The notes under the pieces are model-generated. The model saw nothing but the letters and a program-made list of their open reading frames with translations, did no database searches and was not told the DNA's origin. Below are positions 45,971-57,700 of a stretch of DNA of 64,000 bases, in pieces. The position numbers and the translations under genes are program-made. The DNA is from Blastocladiella emersonii ATCC 22665 (lineage: Eukaryota > Fungi > Blastocladiomycota). Each line of letters begins with the position of its first letter. Position 1 is the stretch's first letter. The stretch spans positions 1,364,001 to 1,428,000 of the forward strand of contig JANHCV010000006.1 of the NCBI GenBank assembly GCA_025594325.1. The letters are read 5' to 3'.

Positions 45971-48900
45971 ATGTCGTCCTCGCAGATCGTCGCGTCTCTC
46001 TTTGAGAAGGTACTTTGTCGGACACGCCGCAGCATGTCGTACACGCGCCTGACACACGCTCCCAAACGAACAGATGAAGAACCCGGACGCCGACTTCCGG
46101 TACATGGCGCTCAACGACCTCATGTCGGCGGTCGCGGACCCCAACTTCACGCTCGAGGCCAACTCGGAGGCGCGCCTGGTCGACGCCATCTTCACGCTGC
46201 TGCGCGACAACAACGGCGGCGTCAAGAACATGGCGCTCAAGTGCCTGACGCCGCTGGTCCGCACCCTGCGCGAGCGCTCGCTCGTCGACGTGGCCGCGCG
46301 CCTGACCGAGCTGCTCACCAACAAGACCGAGGACCAGCTGCGCGACATGGCGTGCCTCGGCCTCAAGTCCGTGTTCGCCGAGCTCAACGCCGCCGACGAC
46401 GCCCCCGCCAAGCTCGCCATCAAGACCGCCAACCGCCTGCTCGAGCTGTTCCCCGGCGAGCCCGCCGAGAACATCCAGGTCGACATCCTCGACACGGTCA
46501 CCGACCTCGTCGCGCGTTTCGGCCGCGCCATCGCCCGCCAGGCCGAGGGCACCGCGTTCCTCGCGAGCCTACTTGCCAAGTTCACCGCCATGCTCGGCAC
46601 CGCGCGCCCCGCCCTGCGCAAACGCGCGGGTGTCGCCGTTAGCGTCCTGGTCCCGCTGCTCTCGCCCGCCGACGCGAGCAAGGTCGTCGCGTCCCTCCTC
46701 GGCGACCTCGCCAAGGGCCGCCTCGACGCCGACACCCAGCGCACCCACATCGCGTGCCTTTCGCTGATTATCAAGGCCCCCGCCGCGTCCGCCGCGGGCG
46801 GCCCGTCGTCGGGCCTCGCCGCGCACCTGCCCGCGCTCGTCGAGTCGCTCGCCGCCATCGTGCGCGCCAACGAGGACCACGACGAGCTGCGCGAGGCCGC
46901 CATGCAGGCGCTCGACGCCCTGCTCCTGCGCTACGCGTCCGCCATGGCCCCGCTCGTCGACGGTCTGATCCCGCTCGCCCTCGACATGGTCCAGTACGAC
47001 CCCAACTACAACTACGACGAGTCCGAGGAGACCGACCGGATCGGCGCCACCACGCCCGCCAACGATCTCGACGACGACGGCGCGTCGGCCGAGCCCATGG
47101 AGACGGACGACGACGAGGCTGGCGACGACGGCGACGACGAGGACTACGGCGATTTCGGCGGCGACGACGACGACGAGTACGGCGAGGGGTACTCGGACGA
47201 CGAGGACATGTCGTGGAAGGTGCGCCGCGCCGCCGCGCGCCTGCTCAACACGGTCCTGGCCACGCGTCCGGACCTCGCCGCGCGCCTCGTCGCCGAGGTC
47301 GGCCCGACGCTCACGCGCCGGTTCGAGGAGCGCGAGGAGGGCGTGCGCAACGAGGTGCTCGGCACCTACGCCACGCTGCTGCGCCAGGTCGCCGCCCAGG
47401 GCACCAACTCGCCCGCCGCCACCGCCCTGCGCCCGCACCGCGCCATGTTCCACCGCCGCTGGGTCAAGTACGTGGTCGCCAGCAAGGACGTGTCGACGCG
47501 CCAGGCCGGGTTCGTCGTCCTCCGCGAGGCCCTCGCCGCGTTTGACTGGTCCCGCTCGCGCGCCTCCGATACCGCGCGCTGGGTCAAGGCCGTCGGCGAG
47601 GCCATGGCGCTCGGCGGCGCCGGTGCCCACCACGCCGTCGCCGGTGCGGCCGCCGCCTCGGCGACTACGCTCAAGCTCGAGGCGCTCGCGTTCGTCGGCG
47701 CGTGGCTCCGCGTCACGCCCGCCGCCGAGGTGCCCGTCCTCGTCATGGACGACCTGACCAAGGCGCTCCTGCAGGGCATGCAGGACAAGTACTACAAGGT
47801 GGCGGCCGAGGCTACCGTGATCGCGCGCGACCTCGTCCCCGCGCTCGTCGCCCACAACGCCGTCGCGTCGGTGCTCGCCCTCGAGGAGCACGCCGAGTGC
47901 ACGCTGCTCAACACCAGCGCCGACGAGGAGGTCAAGGACCGCACGCTCGCGCTGTTCGGCCTGGTCGTCGCCACGGCCGGCTCGGCCCTCACGGCGCGCC
48001 AGGCCGCGTGGTCCGAGGTGCTCATGAAGCGCCTGACCAACGAGGTCGCGCGTCTCGCCGCCACGCGCGTCGTCAACCAGATTGTGAACGCGACGGGCGT
48101 CGTTGACGTGACCTTCCTGATCCCGGCGCTCGTTGCCGAGATGACGGGCAACCTGCGCAAGAACCCGCGCGCGCTCCGCGAGGCCACGGTCGTCGCCCTG
48201 ACGTCGATTGTCGCCAAGTACGCGCCCGCCGTGACGCCGGCGCAAGCGCAGCAGATCCTCGACGAGGCGACCGCGCTCGTCGCCGAGGACGACCTCCTCC
48301 TCGCGTCGCAGTCGCTCAAGGCCAGCGCCACCATCCTCAACCACTTCCCCGCGCTCCTCCCCGTCGCCTCGCGCGGCGTGCTCCCCGCGGCGTTCGCCCT
48401 GGTCCGGTCCCCGCTCGTCGCGGGTACCCACACGCTGGCGTCGCTCCTCGCCCTGCTCAGCGCCGCGTCCAAGGCGGCGCCCGCCGACCCGGCTCTGTAC
48501 CAGCAGGTGCAGCAGCTGCCGCACGACCAGCCCGCGGTCCAGGCCAAGGCGCTCGCGGCCGTCGCGCGCGCGAGTAGTCTCGACGCGGCCGCGATCGTCA
48601 ACGACCTGACGTCGGCCGTCACGCAGAAGACGGGTGATGTCGCCGCGCGCCACGCGGCGCTCCTGACGCTCGGCGAGCTCGGGCGCACCAGCGACCTGAG
48701 CCAGGCGGGTCCCGGCCTGCTGAACCTGGTTGTCGAGCAGTTCCGCTCCGACAACGACGCGATCCGGTCGGCCGCCGCCTACACGCTCGGGTCGCTCGCC
48801 GTCGGCGGGCCCGCGGCGTTCATCCCCGTGATCGTGCACGCGATCCAGGACCCGTCGGGCGGCGCCACGGGCCACCGGTACCTCATGCTGCACGCGCTCA

Positions 48901-49859
48901 AGCAGGTGCTGACGTCGGCCAACGACGTGCCCGCGCTCGCCCAGTACGTGGCGCCCCTGTGGCAGACGCTGTTCGCGCTCACCGGTGGGGCCGGCGCCGT
49001 CCAGGAGGAGGGCGCGCGCCTGCTCCTCGGCGAGTGCATCGGCAAGCTCGCCCTGCTCAACCCGGCCGAGTACATCCGCGACCTGCACGCCAAGCTCGCG
49101 GCCGGCGCGGCCGAGGTCCGCGCCACCACGCTCGGCGCTCTCAAGTACGTGTTCGCGCACGCGACAGCCGAGTCGGACACCGCGCTCGCGCCGCTCCTCG
49201 GCGACTTTTTCCAGCGGATCGGCGACGCCGAGGTGCCCGTGCGCCGCGCCGCCCTCGCCGCGCTCCAGGCCGCCGCGCACACGCGTCCGGCGCTCGTGCG
49301 CCCGGTCCTCGGCGCCACGCTGCCGCTCGTCCTCCGCGAGACGGTGGTGCGGCCCGAGCTGATCCGCGAGGTGGCCATGGGCCCGTTCAAGCACAAGATC
49401 GACGACGGGCTCGAGACCCGCAAGCTCGCGTTCGAGGCCCTCGCCACGCTCACCCAGACGTGCGCCGCGCACGTGCAGCCCGGCAGCGTCCTCGACGCGG
49501 TCCTCGCGGGGCTCCGCGACGTGCACGAGGTGCAGCTGCTCGCCGGGCTCGCCCTCGCCAAGCTCGCGCACGCGGCCCCGCTCGTGATCGCCGCCCGTCT
49601 CGACGACCTCGTCGACCCCTTCTACGCCGCCCTGTTCCCCAAGGCCAAGGCCAACGCCGTCAAGCAGGACGTCGAGAAGGCCCAGGAACTCGTCCGGTCC
49701 GCGCTCCGCGGCGTCGTCGCCGTCGCGCCCGTCCTCGACGCGGCCTCCGCGCCCAAGTTCGCCGCGTTCCTCGCCGAGCTGCGTAATGGCCCGCTCGCGA
49801 AGGATCTCGCCGAGGTCGAGGCCGCGGTCGCGGCGCAGGGCCCGCTCGCGGATATGTAA
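45971..49859 (+). CDS. CAND1: Cullin-associated NEDD8-dissociated protein 1 (exons 45971-46009, 46074-49859)
   Basis: LFEK|MKNPDADFRYMALNDL; YDPNYNYD; YSDDEDMSWKVRRAAAR; RFEEREEGVR; IREVAMGPFKHKIDDGLETRKLAFE. Confidence 0.97.
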
Positions 49860-50439
49860 GCTAGTCGTGAAGGACGTGTTGGCGAAGAGAGTTGATTTTT
49901 CATCGTGAGTTGTTTGAATTTCGAGATGCGTCGCGGTGATCTGAAACTGTGGCGCAACGCGTCAACTTGGTACAAAGCCGCATGCGACGATGCCGCAAGT
50001 GCTCGCTCACTCGCAGCTCGTGAGGTACATTCATTCAATCTCCTGCCTGTATGCAAGGCGCAAGCCCGACAGCTCCATGTAAACATCTTGCTTGATGCGT
50101 TTCCTTGTGCTTGATCCGTTTCCTTGGCCGCGGCAAATGCTATAAAACTCTCTCGCCGCTCGCCCGCTCCCCTCGCTTCCTCGTACCCGTTGGAGGTCCT
50201 TTTTCGCATTGGGCCAGATCCCTCACATCAACCGCAGCTGGCTGCAATCGTCACTCGATGTCCAAGCGGCCAACTGCCTCCACTGCCCCTGGCATCCAGA
50301 CATCAGGCTCAACCTTCCGCGCTTCAGCGTCGGCAGGGTCCAAGGCACATGGGACGGCGCGGCCACTTCGACATGTGATGTGATGTGTGATGATATGTAT
50401 GATATTGCCGGGTGCTACTCTGCGTATTTACAATCAAAC

Positions 50440-50689
50440 AACAAAAAAGTCGGAGAAATAGGGGCACCAGCCAACACTAGGCCGTGCGAGGGTGATCCGG
50501 CCCCAAGGGGCAGGGACATCTCGCGGGTATGCGCTGCTGCGGGCCGCAGCGATCAGCAATGCAACCTCACCGATAGCACACAAGTATCGGATGTTGGGAG
50601 CAATGACTGCACGCACGTACGCCTGCACAATGCCACGTACGGTTGCTGTAGGGGAGAGTGAGAGAGGGAGGAAGAAAGGACAGCTTGGA
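50440..50689 (-). ncRNA. Candidate Fanzor omegaRNA / right-end region
   Basis: Directly 3' of the Fanzor stop: stems CCGATA/TATCGG (50570-50590), GCTGCG/CGCAGC (50536-50550), GCCCC/GGGGC (50500-50511), GGCCG/CGGCC (50480-50502), then a U-run (50443-50449). RNA identity is inferred from position only. Confidence 0.35.
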
Positions 50690-51016
50690 CTACTCGACCG
50701 TGGGCGTGGTGCGGCGCTTGCGGTGGTAGCGGTGCTTGGGGCGGGCGGCGGGTAGCGGGTTGCCGTCCGCGTCCTTGGCCTGGTCCTCGAAGACGAGCTG
50801 CTTGATGGCGAACGAGAGGATGTTGACGGCCGCGTTGCGGTCGCGCTGCACGCGGACGCCGCAGCGACGGCACGCGCGCGTCTGGTACACCTTCTTGTCC
50901 TTCTTGCCGAGCAGATTGGTCTTGTCGGCCTTGGCGGCGGCGGGGTCGGCCATGGCGCACGCGGCGCACCACTTGCTCGAGTAGTTCTCGTCGACGGCGT
51001 ACACGGTGACTTGGAC
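50690..51016 (-). pseudogene. 5'-truncated Fanzor (eukaryotic TnpB-like RNA-guided nuclease): RuvC-II Glu, zinc finger, RuvC-III
   Basis: VTVYAVDENYSSKWCAAC-x28-CRRCGVRVQRDRNAAVNIL; host-like GC3 that stops abruptly near 51020; no RuvC-I or REC region upstream. Confidence 0.85.
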
Positions 51017-51112
51017 CGGGTGCAGAATCCACTGGTGCGCATTTGAGCAGCTGTCAAATCCATCGGGACGCGTTGCGCAACACTCCCCAGCTGGCGAGTT
51101 TGCAGTTCCACC

Positions 51113-51340
51113 GCTGAAACTGGCGAAGAATCACTGGTGGTGAAGTCGTCCAAGGCGCTTCGGAACGCCTACATCTTTCTCGGCAAACCCAAGCACGGCG
51201 GTGTGTTGCTCGCCAAGTGGCGCGGCAAATCGAAGTCACCCGTACTTCTCCTTCAGACATTGGCCAACTCCAGGTCGCCGAGGGCGTTGACGTGCTCGCT
51301 TTTCTCACGCTCACATGGGCACAGCTTTCAAGACAGTCGC
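51113..51340 (+). pseudogene. Frameshifted LURP-one-related paralog fragment
   Basis: AETGEESLVVKSSKALRNAYIFLGKPKHGGVLLAK, then after a frameshift LQVAEGVDVLAF, aligns with AETAKHGTLVVKGG...FAGYPKRGGVLIAK...LWVAPGVDIAA of the 51722 gene. Confidence 0.7.
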
Positions 51341-51721
51341 CAGGATCGCCACGTTCAAGCAAGAGACGGATTTGTTTGCTGTGTAGGCGATGAGCACGAG
51401 TGATCTGTGAGCTGATGCCGCGAACCGTGGGAGCTGGAGCCATAAGTATCGCAGTTCAATCGTATCCCGTTTTCTCGCTTAGGCCTGCAGTGACCCTCGT
51501 TGGGGCGGGGAGCAGTTTTTCTCGAGCTGAGTTGGTGCAAGAGAACGACCCCTGCGATGAAGCGCCAGCGCAGCAAAAAGGGGTCGGCGCAGGGTGCTTG
51601 CTCAACGCCAGCACGCAGCCCATTACAACCGCCCACGTTCCCTCAAGTCACTCTCGCTCTTGAACCATAAACACAAACTGCAACGCAACAAAACCAGAAG
51701 CAGATCAAGTTATAGAACATC

Positions 51722-52369
51722 ATGGGAGCCGGACTGTCCAAGTACGAGGACTACCGACTCACGTCGCGCGTCAATGACCCGGTGGCGATCATCGACGCTC
51801 GCTTCTGCCTGCCCGACAGGGTGAAGCTCGCCCTCCAGCCCACGAGCCCGTTCGGACACGACTTCAAGGTGACTGACGAGGCCGGGACCAAACTGTTCGC
51901 GCTCTATGTCAACTCGCTCGCGCTCTTCACGCACAAGTCGGTTCTCATCGACGCGTATGGCGACGCGGTGTGTAACTTCAAAAAGGACGCCAACACGATG
52001 TGCGCCGCCAAGTTCGCGGTGCTCCGCGGCGGCAGCGACGGGTCGGGCGAGGGCGAGGGCCAGGCCATGAAGGTCAAGGCGGACGTTGGGTCCTTCTCGA
52101 TCACGCTGTATGCGGAGACGGCCAAGCACGGCACGCTCGTCGTCAAGGGCGGTGTACGCGACAGCTGCATCTTCGTGTTCGCGGGCTATCCCAAAAGGGG
52201 CGGCGTGCTGATCGCCAAGGCGATCCGATCCTCGGCCATGTTCGTCAGCGCGGACAGCACACTGTGGGTCGCGCCGGGCGTCGATATCGCAGCCATGGTC
52301 GCCCTCGTCGCTATGATGCACGCCGTCGAGCGCCGCGTCATCAAGGATCGTAAGAAGCGGTCGTCGTGA
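51722..52369 (+). CDS. LURP-one-related (Tubby C-terminal-like/LOR) protein, possibly N-myristoylated
   Basis: MGAGLS start; PVAIIDARFCLP...DFKVTDEAG..LF; VLIDAYGDAV; C-terminal LWVAPGVDIAAMVAL typical of the LOR family; intronless. Confidence 0.85.
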   Translation: MGAGLSKYEDYRLTSRVNDPVAIIDARFCLPDRVKLALQPTSPFGHDFKVTDEAGTKLFALYVNSLALFTHKSVLIDAYGDAVCNFKKDANTMCAAKFAVLRGGSDGSGEGEGQAMKVKADVGSFSITLYAETAKHGTLVVKGGVRDSCIFVFAGYPKRGGVLIAKAIRSSAMFVSADSTLWVAPGVDIAAMVALVAMMHAVERRVIKDRKKRSS

Positions 52370-52983
52370 GAAGGCGTCGAGTAAAATGTGGAATAAGCGG
52401 AGCTGTGAGGAGGGTCGCGCGTTCTCGCGGCTGAGCCCCTACTCCGCTGGTGCTGTGCAACGGGAAACTGAATAGAAGGCTGAAGATGAATCTCTTGAGA
52501 CGATCGTCAAGTCACGGACACGACTCGCTCGTGCCGCGATGAAGCGAGGGCGGGCGGGCGGGCGGAGACGGGTCGGCGTTCGCGCTCAACCCAAAATCAG
52601 GCGATCGGTCGCTTGCTGGTAGCACAGAGCGCTGTGCGGCGAGCAATAGGGGGCACCACGGTCAGACGGCCAGCGATGCCTACAGGATTCCGCATGTCGG
52701 GACAGATTCGCGTGGCGAGTCCAATTTGGGCGCTGACCATGTCATGGGGATGCCGAAGGCGCTCCATTAGTGTTGCATGCACTTCTGTCACTAGACCATC
52801 CATCAATGCGCGGACATGAGATGAGGGGAGGGAGAGCGAGCCACAACGTCGACGCGACGGTCAGCGCGACGGTCGGCTCGCCGACGCGGTCCCGCCGACC
52901 GCCCCTCGGACCTTCTCTCCCCCCGACCTGCTCCATCGGCCGCCTCAGCTCATGAATGACAGTTCGAACTCGATGCAAACCTC

Positions 52984-54597
52984 ATGAACATGAACCAGAC
53001 GCCGCTTGAGCTTCGCGGCGCAGCGCTCTTTGACTGCGGCGCCGACCGCCTCGTCGCGCGGAACCCCGTCGTCGTCAAGCACGTCTCCACAGCTCACGTC
53101 GCCATGGCCTTGATCTCCGCCACGGACAGCCGGCTTGCCTTGTATGCTGCGTGTAAACTGACACGGTTCCTGGGCGACTGACCCGCCATCGGCGCTCCAG
53201 GAGGATCAGCCGGTCCGACAGGGTGGCCGAGGCGACCATGACCATCCTTCGCGACATGATTGAGGCACCTGGAGTACGGCGGGCTGCTAGAGAGATGGAG
53301 CATCGTCCCAAGCGCTGACCGACGCTGCCCACGACAACGCGCACATAGATGGACCAGAACGGTTGCTCGAACAAGTCGATTGTCGTCCGCACCGCGAGCG
53401 GTACACCATTTCGCCAACTTTTGCCCGCACGACTCCTGCTTGACTTCGATCCTCGTAGATCCTGCCGCGCGCTACCTCATCTTCGGCACGATTCCACCGT
53501 GCGATGAGCACGGCGGTTCACCCGCTAGAATGCAGCTCCGTGTCGCGCTGCTCCAGTCGTACACGGACCTTACGGTCCCTTCGCCCTGGTTGTTGTTCCC
53601 ACTGCCGCTCGATGCCGCCACGCCAACTCCGAGCAACGCGCGCGATTACCTCGCTGCACTGGGATCATCGCATGCTGCAGCTCCCTTGAGTGGCCTCGCT
53701 CGCCAGCTTCTCAAGACGCCGAAGCGTACGCGTTTACCCTCACACTCGGCTCATCGAAGGCTCACTCCTCTCGTGTAGGCTTGCGAAAGCGCAAGATCGC
53801 GCCCGAAAACGCCGCGTTCGCTGCGCCCGCTGAGGAGACGGCGAGCCCGACCAAGGTCCCGCGCTTCGACGGGCCCTTCAAGCTCCCGCTGGCCTCACCA
53901 CGACGGCCGGTACCGCTCGCCCCCGCCACCGCGTCTGCGGGGTCGCCGCTCTCGCAGAGCCAGCTGCGTTCGCTTGCGCGCCGGCCTGTGTCGCTCCCGC
54001 TCGGGCTCGCGACCGAGTTCCGCACCGCGTCGATGTCGTCGGCCTCGACCACCTTCTCGCTCTCGTCGCCGACATCCGCGATCACGCCCGGCGCGCCCAT
54101 GAGCCTCGGCGAAGGGCCGCTCTCGTCCACGAGTCTCGAGGAGAGCACGGGATACCTCAGTCTCGCACTCAACGTGCCGCCTGTCGTCGAGTCGCGTCCT
54201 GCAGCGACTGAGCCACCGCCCAAGTTGCGGTCGAGATCGGCAGCAGCGCCCACGCGCACGTCGAGCAGCGGCTCAAGTTCGGGCGGAGTTGACATTGAGC
54301 GACGCAACCGCGACGTACGCCGCTCCCCAACTTCCGCTGCCAACAGCGCACCCTGCTCACTCGCACGCACGAATGTAGTGGGTCAAGGTGGCCATCAAGC
54401 GTGAGCTCGAGCGCATTGGCATGCACAGCAAGCATCCTGAGTACGTTGCGTGCCACAAGCTCGTGTACGACGCGTGCAAGTTCCAGATGGGCGCGGTGCG
54501 GCTCGCAGCGGCTGACCTCACGCGCACCGAGGTCGTGAACGTGGTCCAGGCCAACTTTGAGCGGACGCGCGAGCTGATCCTGATGCGGCTCGGCTGA
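52984..54597 (+). CDS. Multi-exon protein with an MTBP/Sld7-like C-terminal domain (putative replication-initiation factor)
   Basis: Five short GT-AG introns join in frame; last exon RRNRD|WVKVAIKRELERIGMHSKHPEYVACHKLVYDACKF resembles the MTBP C-terminus as recalled (L..HSI...H.CF.AC..RLF..SKF). Confidence 0.55.
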
Positions 54598-54732
54598 GAC
54601 ACATGCGGTTTGCTTCCGAGATCATGGTTGAGAACGTGAGGGGCGGCACGATTCGCGAGTTCAGGATGCGACGAGCGAGCGAGGGAGTGATTAAACTAAC
54701 GATTATATCTAGTACGACGGTGCCGCTGCTGC

Positions 54733-57700
54733 TCACAGCTCGAGCTTCTTCTCGGTCGCGAGGCGGCGAAGGAGCGCCGCGTTGACGGGGCCGGTCTCGT
54801 CGACAAGCGCCGTGAACAGCGACTCGGGGCGCGAGAGCAGCTCGGCGGGCGACGCGAGCTCGGCGACGCGGCCGTTGTCCATGACTAGCACTAGGTCGTA
54901 ATCGATGACAGTGTTCAGGCTACGCGGCGGGATGCAGGGCGAGTGAGTGCGTGGTTCAAGGCGAGAAAGGCAGACCAGCGAGCGTACCGATGGGCAATGG
55001 TCACGACGGTAGCGTTGGCAAAGTCCCGGCGAATCGCGCGCTGGATTTGCGCGTCCGTCGCCTGGTCGACACTCGCGGTGGCCTCGTCCTGTTGGTGGGG
55101 AGAAAATGGGCGTCAGTGAGGCTCGGCGGCGGGGCGGGCGGGGGGAGCAGCGAAACGAGCGTACCATGACGAGGATCTTGGCGGAGCGGAGCATGGCGCG
55201 GGCGAGGCACATGAGCTGGCGCATACCCGTCGACAGGTTCTCGCCGCCCTCGCTGATGGGCGCCTCGAGCTTCTCGGGCAGGTTCTGGACGTAGTCGAAC
55301 ATGCCGGCGGCCTTGAGGCTACACACGAGTGCGACAGGCGGGCGGGTCAGTGGCGGAGCGGTGCGCGCGGTCCACTTGATGCAACGGAAGCCGTACCAGG
55401 CCCACAGCTGGTCGTCGCTCGCGACGCCCTCGCGGTCGAGATTCGAGCGAATGGTGCCGGAGAACAGGACGGGCTCCTGCGGGATGATCGAGAGGCGCTT
55501 GCGCAGGTCGTGCAGGCCGAGCTTGCCAATGTCGACGCCGTCGATGGTGATGGAGCCCGAGATCAGCTCGGCCATGCGGAACAGGGCGATCAGGCTGGTC
55601 GACTTGCCCGCGCCGGTGCTAAATGGGGAGCGAGTCACGAAAATGGGGTGAGTCGGATCGCGATCACCGAGGCCGACGCAGCGCCAATACGCCGAAAAAC
55701 GTACCGGCCGACGATCGCGAGCTTGGAACCCGCGGGGATGGTGAAGGACACGTCCTTGAGCACGGGGTCGAGGCCCTTGCGGTACGCCATGACCGCGTTG
55801 GTGAACTCGATCTCGCCGCGCTCCGGCCACGCCGCCGACGGCGGCCGCACATCCGTGATGAGCGGCGCCTCGATCTCGATGTCCTCGATATAGCTGAGGA
55901 TGCGCTCCACACTATTCGCGCTCACCTCCGTTTCCGCCGCCTGACGAACGCACCAGTTAAGGACACCTGACGTATTGATGGCGTACGAGATGGAGAGTCC
56001 GACGATGGCCACGGACGTCGAGGACGAGAGAACGGACGCCACACCGAACATGGCGCACGCGAGCGTGAGCAGGTTGCCGATATTCTCGATGCGGATCGAG
56101 AGCCAGCGCTGGCTGCAGATCTGGAGGTAGTAGCACCGGTTGTTGTCGTCAATGTACCGGCTGTTGCGCTCGATGAAGTGGTTCTCCTCGCGGTACGCGC
56201 GGATCGTGACGATGCCCGTGAGGGTCTCGCCGAACAGGGCGAAGAGCGGCGAACGCGAGACGCTGTCGAGGCGCTTGAGCTCGCGACTCGTCGAGCGGTA
56301 GAAGAGCTGCGCGTAGTAGTAGACGACCATGAGCGGGGCGAGCGGGGCCGCGAACAGCGGCGTGGCGGCGATCATGAGGGCGAAGGTCGACACGGTCATG
56401 GACAGGGTGCCGAGGAACATGCGGAACGAGTCGGGGAGGTCTGGAGGTGAACGACGCGTCGATGTGGGTCAGTGACAAGTCGAACGAACGCGACGATGAC
56501 AGACGGGCGGCGAGGGGAGTCCGGAGGGCGGAGCGAGCAGCTAGTCGAGTGGGAGCAACACGTACTGGCGTCCATGGTGTCGGTATCCTTGGAGAACCGC
56601 GAGATGATACGGCCGATGGGCGTGGTGTCGTACCACGACATGGGCGCGCGCATGACGCGGTAGACGGCGCCGCGGTGCAAGACCTTGGACGCGCGCAGGC
56701 CGGCGAGGGCGAACTGCACCCCCGAGAGCACGTACGCGATCGCCTGCGCAATGCCGAGGCCAAAGTAGACCCAGAGGTAGACGGTGGTGTCGAGGCCGAA
56801 CGAGTCCGAGGTCCACCACGAGAGCCACAGGTCGGAGCCGACGCGGAACAGCTGCGAGAGCACGAGCACGAGGATGACGAGGAACACGCTCGACGCGCCG
56901 CCGATGGCCTTGGCGTAGGCGAGGTACACGTGGGAGTCGACGGCGCCCGTGGCGCGCTCCTCGACCTGCATGAGGCCGGCGCCGGGCTTCTTGGCGGCGG
57001 CTGTGGGAGAGGCGACGTCGGCGGCCGACTTCTTGTGGTTGTTGTTGGACGAGGCACGAGCACCGGCGGCCGAGGGCTCGTCGATGATCTCGACGTCGTC
57101 GGCGGCGTCGAGGGTCGGCGAGTCAGACGAGGGCGACTCGGTCTCGATCCCGCCAAACTCCTTCATCTGCGTGGCGAACTCGCCGCCGGCGGCCATGAGC
57201 GCGGCGGGCGTGCCGGCCTCGACGATGCGGCCGTCCTTGAGGTAGTAGACGTAGTCGCACTTGGGGACGTGGTGGAGCGCGTGCGTGACCAGGACGCGCG
57301 TCGTGCCCTTGAGCGCACCCGCAATCGCGTCGTCGAACACCTTGCGGCCCACATGCGGGTCGAGGGCGGAAAGGATATCGTCGAGCAAAATTGTGGTCGA
57401 AAACGTCGAGGGAGTGGTGGAGGGGGAGGTCGGGGAGGTCGGGGAGCTGGCGGACGCGTCGGCGGCCGACTTGGCCTTGGCGGCGGCCTCCTGGCACGAG
57501 ACGGCGTAAATGGCGCGGGCGAGGTTGATGCGCTGCTTCTGGCCGCCCGAGGCGACGACGCCCTTCTCGCCGACCTCGGTGAACTCGCCGTTGGGGAACT
57601 GCTCGAGGTCGCGCTCGAGGCACGCGAGCCGGATCGCGCGGCGGTACCGCTGCTCGTCGAAGGGGGCGCCAAACAGGATGTTCTCGCGGATCGTCGCGTT

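Noticed and set aside
52641-52660. Near match (AATAGGGG(G)CACCA) to 50457-50469 as a Fanzor guide target
   Set aside because: It is only ~16/18 nt with an indel, which is expected by chance at this window size, and the guide boundary is unknown.
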